From: a bacterium
GTDB lineage: Bacteria; Zhuqueibacterota; Zhuqueibacteria; Oceanimicrobiales; Oceanimicrobiaceae
Direction: 5' to 3'
Assembly: GCA_046757525.1 (NCBI GenBank)
Contig: JBHHYI010000066.1
Span: 1 to 22,270 of the forward strand
DNA length: 22,270 nt
Shown: piece after piece, positions 1 through 7,117 of the stretch
Numbering within the stretch: position 1 is the first letter of the stretch
How the letters are laid out: every line of letters starts with the position of its first letter
The notes under the pieces: model-generated
Databases searched by the model: none
What the model saw: only the letters and a program-made list of their open reading frames with translations
Told to the model about the DNA's origin: nothing
Position numbers and translations under genes: made by a program

Positions 1-15
1 GGTTCAAAAACAATG

Positions 16-44
16 TTGACTGTAAAGGGATATTTTCGTAATAT
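16..44 (+). promoter_or_regulatory. Putative sigma70 promoter for the catabolic cluster
   Basis: TTGACT (16-21), 17-nt spacer, TAATAT (39-44), about 130 nt upstream of the first CDS, which has an AAGGAG RBS. Confidence 0.6.
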
Positions 45-171
45 AGGGTTACCATGCGTGCGAAGCGTTTCACTGTGACCAGGGAAAGCTTGATGTACAC
101 AAAGGGAAGCCCTGGTTAGAATTCTTTTAAAGAGCGAATCGACCCGGAGCTCAAACCAAAGGAGAACTGGC

Positions 172-675
172 ATGGAAGAGAATGACAAGAAGATTGCTTT
201 GCGGATGATTCCGTACGGTTTGTACGTACTGACTGGGGAGTCAACCGACGGTCGTGTTGCAGCAGCGACGGTCAACTGGGTGACCCAAACAGCCTTCAAG
301 CCGCCGTTGATCGTCGTTGGTGTCAAGGCAGACTCAGGCGCTCACGAAATTATCAAAGAAGCAGGGGCCTTTGGGCTGAATATCCTCGGCAAACAACAGA
401 AGGCGACCGCATTTGCTTTCTTCAAACCGGCTGAACGAGATGGGGACACGATCAATGGTGAAGCTTTCCACAAAGGTAGCACGGGCGCTCCGATTCTGGA
501 CAACGTCCCAGCTTACCTGGAGTGCACTCTGATTGAAACCGTGGAAAAGGGCGATCATTCCATCTTTGTCGGCGAGGTAGTCGATGCTGGTGTGGCCGAC
601 GCTCCCTCCGGACGGCCAGATGACCTCACTTTGACGCTCAAAGATCTGGGCGAAAATGTTTTTTACGGGGGTTAA
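172..675 (+). CDS. Flavin reductase-like family protein (FMN-binding split barrel)
   Basis: 167 aa with the typical pattern LRMIPYGLYVLT...NWVTQTAFKPPLIVV, LEC and GDHSIFVGEVV; AAGGAG RBS upstream. Confidence 0.9.
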   Translation: MEENDKKIALRMIPYGLYVLTGESTDGRVAAATVNWVTQTAFKPPLIVVGVKADSGAHEIIKEAGAFGLNILGKQQKATAFAFFKPAERDGDTINGEAFHKGSTGAPILDNVPAYLECTLIETVEKGDHSIFVGEVVDAGVADAPSGRPDDLTLTLKDLGENVFYGG

Positions 676-783
676 CCTCTGCTGGGACTGTAAACAGGCT
701 TTTGCCAAGCAACTTTGCTCGAAATGCAATTCTGACTCTTTTGAAGAAGCACACAACCGCAAAACCATTGGAGCATAACTTTA

Positions 784-2220
784 ATGACGAAGATGTTCAT
801 AGGTGGGGAGTGGGTCGAATCGGTTACCGGTGAAGTTTCCGAGATCATGAATCCGGCGACTGGAGAGCTGGTCGACACCGTGGCCAAAGGCTCCCGTGAA
901 GATGCCCGCCGGGCGATCGACGTGGCCGCAGATGCGTTCAAAGCGTGGTCGGAGACACCTTTTTCCAGCCGCGGGGAAGTCCTGTTTCGAGCAGCGAATC
1001 TGTTGAAGGAAAACCAGAAGGGACTGGCCACACTTCTAACCAGGGAGCAAGGCAAACCTCTAAGAGAGTCCAACCTGGAGATTCGCCGCTTTGCACAGAC
1101 GCTGGAGCATTACGCCGGATTGGCCAAAAACATTCGCGGCAGCTACGTGCCCCTGTTGGACGAAAACCGGCGCGGCCTGGTGCTCAAGAGGCCGATCGGG
1201 GTGTGTGGAGCCATTGTGCCGTGGAATTTTCCGGTTTCGCTCATGGGCAACAAGATCGCGCCCGGATTGCTTGCTGGCAACACCTTTGTGGTCAAACCCG
1301 CTGGCACCACGCCTCTGACAGCAGTTAGGACCATCGAACTGCTGTTTCAGGCGGGCTTGCCGCCAGGCGTTTTGAACATCGTGACTGGCCCTGGCAGCAG
1401 CGTGGGCCAAGAGATTCTCGAAAATCCAAAAGTGCGCAAAATCGGCTTCACGGGGGCTACCGAAACGGGACGGAAAGTCATGCAGGCTGCAGCCGAACAA
1501 ATCAAAAGGGTGACCCTGGAGTTGGGTGGCAGCGATCCCATGATTGTCTGCGACGATGCCGATATTGACAAAGCGGTCAGTGCTGCTTCGGTGGGCCGCT
1601 TTTTTAACTGTGGGCAGGCGTGCCTGGCCATCAAGCGCCTGTATTTGTTCGACAATATCGCCGACGCTTTTATCGAGAAACTGGTGGCGAAAGTCAAGAA
1701 ACTGCGTCTGGGCAATGGCCTGGTTGAGGGCACCATGATTGGGCCCATGCATACAGAGGGCCAACGGAAGGAGTTGGAGGCGCAGCTTCAGGACGCTCTG
1801 GATCAGGGCGGTCGTTTGCTCGTCGGCGGGGAGCGGCCGGACGGGTCTGAGTTTGAGAACGGCTACTACTTTATGCCCACCCTTTTGACCGACGTGGATG
1901 AAGCGTCGAAAGTTGTTAAGGAGGAAGTGTTTGGTCCGGTGCTACCAATCATGCGCGTAAAAGATTTCGACGAAGCCATCGCAAAGGCCAACGATTCCAT
2001 CTTTGCACTGGGCTCGTCAATCTGGACCCGCGATTTGAGTCGCGCCACCAGGGCGGCCGAACTTATCGAAGCGGGTTACACCTGGATCAATTCCAATCAA
2101 ATCATTTTCGACGAACTGCCTTTTGGCGGCTTGAAACAAAGCGGACTGGGCAAAGAACACGGTTCCGAGGCCCTGGATTACTACCTGGAAACCAAATCCG
2201 TGGTGATAGCCACCAGTTGA
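784..2220 (+). CDS. NAD(P)-dependent aldehyde dehydrogenase
   Basis: 478 aa with PWNFP, FTGATETG, LELGG (catalytic Glu), FFNCGQAC (catalytic Cys), EEVFGP and PFGGLKQSGLGKE motifs; GGAG RBS. Confidence 0.95.
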   Translation: MTKMFIGGEWVESVTGEVSEIMNPATGELVDTVAKGSREDARRAIDVAADAFKAWSETPFSSRGEVLFRAANLLKENQKGLATLLTREQGKPLRESNLEIRRFAQTLEHYAGLAKNIRGSYVPLLDENRRGLVLKRPIGVCGAIVPWNFPVSLMGNKIAPGLLAGNTFVVKPAGTTPLTAVRTIELLFQAGLPPGVLNIVTGPGSSVGQEILENPKVRKIGFTGATETGRKVMQAAAEQIKRVTLELGGSDPMIVCDDADIDKAVSAASVGRFFNCGQACLAIKRLYLFDNIADAFIEKLVAKVKKLRLGNGLVEGTMIGPMHTEGQRKELEAQLQDALDQGGRLLVGGERPDGSEFENGYYFMPTLLTDVDEASKVVKEEVFGPVLPIMRVKDFDEAIAKANDSIFALGSSIWTRDLSRATRAAELIEAGYTWINSNQIIFDELPFGGLKQSGLGKEHGSEALDYYLETKSVVIATS

Positions 2221-2235
2221 CTTGACCAATTAGCC

Positions 2236-3024
2236 ATGTTTGAGTTCAAGACTATTAAGTTCGATTTGACAGACGACGGCATCGCGACCATCACGTTGAA
2301 CCGGCCGGGCAAACTCAATGCCATGGACGCGAAAATGCGTGCAGAGTTTCACCAACTGGCCGATGAAATCTACAGCCATGACGACATTAAGGTCGTCGTC
2401 TTCACCGGGGCAGGTCGGGCCTTTTCAGCCGGTGGTGATATCGACTTCTTGGATCAAAACTGGTCGACGCCAGAATTTCGAAAGGAAACGGAGAAATTCA
2501 CCGGCTTTTTTGATGCCCTGGAATCTTTAGAAAAGCCGGTCCTGGCAGCCATTAACGGACCGTGTACCGGCGCTGGTTTGCAGATTACTTTGTCCTGTGA
2601 CCTTCGCATTGCTTCCGAAGAGGCCAGGTTTGGCTTTCGCGAAAATCTCATCGGTCTCATTCCCGGCGCTGGAGGTTGTTCCAGGCTGGTGAAACTGATC
2701 GGTTACGGCAAGGCCAAAGAACTCATTTTCACCGGTGAGATGATTTCGGCAGGAGAAGCACAGCAGATCGGCCTGATCAATCGGGTGGTGGCGCACGACT
2801 GTTTGATGGCAGAAACCCAGAAATTGGCCAAACATCTGCTGACTCGGGCGCCGGTGGCCCTGGGGCTGGTCAAGCGTATTCTGTGGAACTGCGTGAATGT
2901 GGACATGGCCACAGGCCGCTCCATTGAAGCCTTAGCTCAGAGCATCTTGATTAAGACGGAAGATCACAAAGAAGGCATCAAGGCTTTTCGAGAAAAACGG
3001 ACGCCGAAATTTGTTGGGAAATAA
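2236..3024 (+). CDS. Enoyl-CoA hydratase/isomerase (crotonase) family protein
   Basis: 262 aa with ITLNRPGKLNA, AFSAGGD, KPVLAAINGPCTGAG, CDLRIA and C-terminal EGIKAFREKRTPKF. Confidence 0.93.
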   Translation: MFEFKTIKFDLTDDGIATITLNRPGKLNAMDAKMRAEFHQLADEIYSHDDIKVVVFTGAGRAFSAGGDIDFLDQNWSTPEFRKETEKFTGFFDALESLEKPVLAAINGPCTGAGLQITLSCDLRIASEEARFGFRENLIGLIPGAGGCSRLVKLIGYGKAKELIFTGEMISAGEAQQIGLINRVVAHDCLMAETQKLAKHLLTRAPVALGLVKRILWNCVNVDMATGRSIEALAQSILIKTEDHKEGIKAFREKRTPKFVGK

Positions 3025-3103
3025 GGGCGGGAGAGGTTGCTTTGAACAACAATTCCAATGAAAATTGTTTACCTTAGTTTCCAGGCGCGGCCTTTACCGC
3101 TCG

Positions 3104-3258
3104 TGGGGCTGTCCAAAAAGTCCACTTTTTGTGTCATTCCCGCGAATCAGTCGGGCGCCTGACCGAAGCGGGAATCTATAACCTATTGATTTTTATGGAT
3201 TCCTGCTTTCGCAGGAATGACAAATCAGGTCCCTTTTCTGACTTTTTCGACAGCCCCA
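3104..3258. mobile_element. MITE-like element with 19-bp terminal inverted repeats enclosing a REP-like doublet
   Basis: TGGGGCTGTCCAAAAAGTC (3104-3122) and GACTTTTTCGACAGCCCCA (3240-3258) are inverted repeats with 1 mismatch. Internal TGTCATTCCCGCGAA...AAGCGGGAATC pairs with GGATTCCTGCTTTCGCAGGAATGACA. Confidence 0.7.
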
Positions 3259-3347
3259 TGGACCCACGACGCTCTGGCATTTATTGTAGCCAAGGTGGTA
3301 ACTCGTTACAACGTGGGCCTGAAGTCATGGCCGCAGAAGAATGGTGA

Positions 3348-3397
3348 CTCGACGCTGAGCGTCGAGGATGCGTTCCCACGGAGACCGTGGGAACGAG
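3348..3397. repeat. REP-like double hairpin
   Basis: Perfect inverted repeats CTCGACGCT-g-AGCGTCGAG (3348-3366) and CGTTCCCACGG-aga-CCGTGGGAACG (3371-3395), resembling the GACGC..GCGTC / TTCCCACG..CGTGGGAACGAG type of extragenic palindrome. Confidence 0.7.
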
Positions 3398-3466
3398 ACA
3401 GGCTGGGCTCAGAGGTTAAGTGCTGCTCTGGAAATCAATTGCAAGCAGAAATTGTTGGGATAATTG

Positions 3467-4657
3467 ATGCGTAACCAGAAAGAAATAGTTTTGGCTGCTC
3501 CGGTGCGTGCCCCCATCGGCAAGTTTGGCGGTTGTCTGAGTTCTATGTCTGCCCCACAATTGGGCATGATTGCAGCGAAAGAGACGATGCGACGGGCTGG
3601 CATCGAAACCAAGCTCATCAACGAGGTGATTTTTGGCAATGCCAGGCAAGCCGGAGTCGGGCCTAATCCGGCAAGGCAGATCGCTCATGGCAGCGGCTGT
3701 CCCGACGCGGTGCCTGCTTACACCATTAACAAAGCGTGTGCGTCCGGCATGAAAGCCATCGTAAGCGCCTACCAGGCCATCGCTTTGGGAGACGCCGCGG
3801 TTGTGTTGGCCGGTGGCACCGAAAGCATGAGCAACACGCCCTATTTTTTGCCCAGAGCCCGCTGGGGCTACCGACTGGGACACGCTGAGCTGGTAGATGG
3901 CATGTACCGGGATGGCTTTTTGTGCCCGTTGTGCCAGGAAGTTATGGGCAGCACCGCAGAAAATCTGGCCGAAAAATATGGCATCACGCGCAAGGAATGC
4001 GATGAATTCGCCTTGATGTCGCAGCAGAGGGCTAAGGCTGCGCACAGCAAGAATCTGTTCGCTGATGAGATCGTCCCGGTAGAAATTTCCGACAAAAAGG
4101 GAACCAAAATCCAGGTTGATAGCGACGAACACCCGCGTCCTGGCTCCACGCTGGAAGGGCTGGGCAAGCTGAAGCCCGTGTTTAAAGAAAATGGTGTGGT
4201 GCACGCAGGCAATGCCTCAGGGATTACCGACGGCGCTGCTTCCGTGCTGGTGCTTGCAAAGGAAAAATGTGCAGAGTTGGGCGTCAAACCGGTAGCGCGA
4301 ATCCTGGATTACACCGTGGCTGGTGTAGACCCTTCGATCATGGGAATTGGCCCGGTGCCTGCGATCCGGAATTTGCTGGCGAGAAACCAGTTGCAATTGG
4401 CGGACATCGATCTGATCGAGCTCAACGAGGCCTTTGCTGTGCAGGTTCTGGCGTGTGACCGCGAACTCCATTTCGATCTGGAAAAAGTAAACATCAATGG
4501 GGGCGCCATTGCCCTGGGGCACCCGATTGGTTGCACCGGTTGCAGAATCGTGGTGACTTTGCTGCACGAAATGCTCAGACGGGACGTCAATTTAGGTCTG
4601 GCAACTTTATGTGTGAGTGGCGGCATGGGCATGACGCTTCTTTTGCAGCGAGTTTAG
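3467..4657 (+). CDS. Acetyl-CoA C-acyltransferase (thiolase)
   Basis: NKACASG (nucleophile Cys), NASGITDGA, ELNEAF, GGAIALGHPIG (His) and CVSGG (second Cys). Start is ATG 3467 or TTG 3464. Confidence 0.95.
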   Translation: MRNQKEIVLAAPVRAPIGKFGGCLSSMSAPQLGMIAAKETMRRAGIETKLINEVIFGNARQAGVGPNPARQIAHGSGCPDAVPAYTINKACASGMKAIVSAYQAIALGDAAVVLAGGTESMSNTPYFLPRARWGYRLGHAELVDGMYRDGFLCPLCQEVMGSTAENLAEKYGITRKECDEFALMSQQRAKAAHSKNLFADEIVPVEISDKKGTKIQVDSDEHPRPGSTLEGLGKLKPVFKENGVVHAGNASGITDGAASVLVLAKEKCAELGVKPVARILDYTVAGVDPSIMGIGPVPAIRNLLARNQLQLADIDLIELNEAFAVQVLACDRELHFDLEKVNINGGAIALGHPIGCTGCRIVVTLLHEMLRRDVNLGLATLCVSGGMGMTLLLQRV

Positions 4658-4838
4658 AAGTTCGACAGAGAAATAGCGCTGCTCGCAAACTCCTGGTCTG
4701 CCTTTGTTCATCATAGACGGAATTGGGCTGCATCCTGAAGGCGAGCAGTGGATGTCAAACCCGGTAGCCCTGACTTTTCGCCGGGCTCCCTGGTGGTCAA
4801 AGTTCAAAAATTAGAATCATTACTTGAGAGAAAAGGCT

Positions 4839-5345
4839 ATGAATGACGAGATAAACGATATGTTTCGCCAATTATCTCGGGACCACATGCATGCCATTTG
4901 GGAGCGTGCGAAGGCGAACGAACTTGACGAGCTGAACGACGAGGACAGGCAATTAGCCAAAATCATGTTGGAGCATGAGGATGAGTACTCCAATGAGTTT
5001 GAGTTTGCCGACGTTTTGCATGACTTTGAATACGACCCTGAAACCGAGACCAATCCGTTCCTTCACATTTTGATTCATTTGATCGTTGAGAACCAATTAC
5101 AAGCCAGAGACCCAATAGAAACCTACCAGTTTTATCTCGCAATGCGTAGAAAGAAAGTCACTCACCACGACGCGATTCATCTGATTGGCAGCATTGTTAC
5201 GCCCCTCGTGTTTCAAGCTCTTAAGCAAATGCAACCATTTGATCTAACGCTCTACAAACGCTTGTTGAGAATTTACAGAGACAAGAAACCTGAGAGAATA
5301 GCATCTGCTTTGAACAAAGACCTGGATTTTATCTTCAAGGAGTAG
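4839..5345 (+). CDS. DUF1841-like family protein
   Basis: Contains ETNPFLHILIHLIVENQL and HDAIHLIG, matching the remembered DUF1841 pattern. ATG at 4839 is preferred over TTG 4824. More AT-rich than its neighbours. Confidence 0.7.
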   Translation: MNDEINDMFRQLSRDHMHAIWERAKANELDELNDEDRQLAKIMLEHEDEYSNEFEFADVLHDFEYDPETETNPFLHILIHLIVENQLQARDPIETYQFYLAMRRKKVTHHDAIHLIGSIVTPLVFQALKQMQPFDLTLYKRLLRIYRDKKPERIASALNKDLDFIFKE

Positions 5346-5392
5346 CACAGCCACAACTAACGGAATAGTACCAACTTAATTAGGAATGAAAC

Positions 5393-6538
5393 ATGGTAGA
5401 TTTTAGCCTTACAGAAGAGCAAAAGCAATTGAGGGATTTAGCCCGCGAGTTCACAGAGAAAGAAATTGTGCCAGTAGCGGCTGAGTACGACAAGAAGGCG
5501 GAATTCCCAACAGAGGTGATTAAGAAGGCGTGGGAGTTGGGTTTGATGAACGTGCAGGTGCCTGAAAGCTACGGCGGTGCTGGTCTCGGCGTTCTGGAGG
5601 ATTGCCTGATTGCGGAGGAGTTCGGCGTTGGCTGCACGGGCATGGGCACTTCCATGATGTCCAACATGCTGGCCGAAGGACCGTTGTTGGTGGCCGGCAC
5701 CGAGGAACAGAAAAAGAAATACCTGGGACAGATGGTCGAGGAGTTTTGCTTTTCTGCTTATGCGGTCACTGAGCCAGACGCCGGTTCCGACGTTGCCGGG
5801 ATCAAGACTTCGGCTAAAAAAGTCGGCAATGACTACGTCATCAACGGTCAGAAAATGTGGATTACCAATGCCGCGCAAGCCAAATGGTTTTTTGTGCTGA
5901 CTTACACAGATGCGTCCGCCGGGTACAAAGGCATGACTGCCTTCATCGTGCCAGCAGAAACTGAGGGCGTCAGGGTCGGCAAGCACGAGGACAAGTTAGG
6001 GCAGCGGGCCTCGGACACGCGCGGCGTGAGTTTCGAAGATGTGAAGGTCTCTGAAGCGCATCGCCTGGGCAATGAAGGCGACGGGTGGAGAATCGCCATG
6101 CACGCCTTCGATCATTCTCGACCGGTCGTTGCCGCTGCAGCCGTGGGTTTGGCGCGCGGGGCCATGGAGCACGCCGTACGATACGCGGCGGAACGGAAGA
6201 CCTTTGGCGCGCCCATTGCTAAACACCAGGCCGTCAGTTTCATGATCGCCGATATGGCCATGAATATCGAAGCAGCCAGGTTGCTGGTGTGGGAATCGGC
6301 CTGGAAGACCGACCAGGGAAAGCGAAACACCCTTGAAGCCGCTTACGCCAAAGCGTTTGCCGCCGACATGGCGATGAAGACGGCCACCGATGCCGTGCAG
6401 GTTTTTGGTGGGTACGGCTACTCCACTGAGTATCCTGTGGAAAAAATGATGCGCGATGCGAAGATTTTTCAAATCTACGAAGGCACCAGCCAAATTCAGC
6501 GCCTCATCATCGCACGAGAATTGTTTAGCAAAAGGTAA
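5393..6538 (+). CDS. Acyl-CoA dehydrogenase, MCAD-like
   Basis: 381 aa with AVTEPDAGSD, INGQKMWITN, KLGQRASDT, AVQVFGGYGY and IYEGTSQIQR (catalytic Glu at the SCAD/MCAD position). Confidence 0.95.
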   Translation: MVDFSLTEEQKQLRDLAREFTEKEIVPVAAEYDKKAEFPTEVIKKAWELGLMNVQVPESYGGAGLGVLEDCLIAEEFGVGCTGMGTSMMSNMLAEGPLLVAGTEEQKKKYLGQMVEEFCFSAYAVTEPDAGSDVAGIKTSAKKVGNDYVINGQKMWITNAAQAKWFFVLTYTDASAGYKGMTAFIVPAETEGVRVGKHEDKLGQRASDTRGVSFEDVKVSEAHRLGNEGDGWRIAMHAFDHSRPVVAAAAVGLARGAMEHAVRYAAERKTFGAPIAKHQAVSFMIADMAMNIEAARLLVWESAWKTDQGKRNTLEAAYAKAFAADMAMKTATDAVQVFGGYGYSTEYPVEKMMRDAKIFQIYEGTSQIQRLIIARELFSKR

Positions 6539-6556
6539 GATTCTGGGAAGAATTGC

Positions 6557-7075
6557 ATGCCCCGTAAAATCATAAAGCTAACGGTTAACGGTTCAAATCA
6601 TGTAACCGCAGTGCGCGAGTACGACGTTTTGCTCGACGTCATCCGCGAAAACCTCAATCTCACCGGCACCAAACGCGGCTGCGACATGGGTACCTGCGGC
6701 TGCTGCACCGTTTTGATTGACGGCAGGGCCCGGCTTTCCTGTTTGACCCTGGCGTTGGAATGCGTGGGCAAGAAGATCGTCACCATCGAAGGTCTGAAGT
6801 CCCCGGTCGTTCATCCTTTGCAGCGGGCCTTTGCAGAGTCAGGCGGGTCCCAGTGTGGCTTTTGCACTCAGGGATTCATCATGACCGCTAAGGCGCTTTT
6901 GGACGAAAATCCCAAACCCAGTCGCACAGAGATCGAAGAGGCTATTTCAGGGAACATGTGCCGCTGCACAGGTTACATTAAGATCGTGGATGCCATCGAA
7001 GGGGTTGCCGCGGGCTTCGAGACGAGTGATTTGCGCTCAAAGGTTGCAGCACCGAAAGACTCTGAGCTCAAATGA
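6557..7075 (+). CDS. hcrC: Molybdoenzyme 2x[2Fe-2S] subunit, 4-hydroxybenzoyl-CoA reductase gamma-like
   Basis: GCDMGTCGCC..C and QCGFCTQG...GNMCRCTGY motifs; directly upstream of the HcrA-like subunit. The symbol is inferred from context. Confidence 0.8.
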   Translation: MPRKIIKLTVNGSNHVTAVREYDVLLDVIRENLNLTGTKRGCDMGTCGCCTVLIDGRARLSCLTLALECVGKKIVTIEGLKSPVVHPLQRAFAESGGSQCGFCTQGFIMTAKALLDENPKPSRTEIEEAISGNMCRCTGYIKIVDAIEGVAAGFETSDLRSKVAAPKDSELK

Positions 7076-7117
7076 CAGAAATTCAGCGTCCTTCGGGGTT
7101 TAATTGAAAATGCCTTA

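Noticed and set aside
3129..3474. ORFs 3129-3347 and 3217-3474
   Set aside because: They are translations of palindromic repeats (CHSRES.., MDSCFRRND, AFPRRPWER), with no RBS or protein-family signal.
7072..7107. 11-codon ORF overlapping the hcrC stop (ATGA)
   Set aside because: Too short, with no supporting signal; probably chance.
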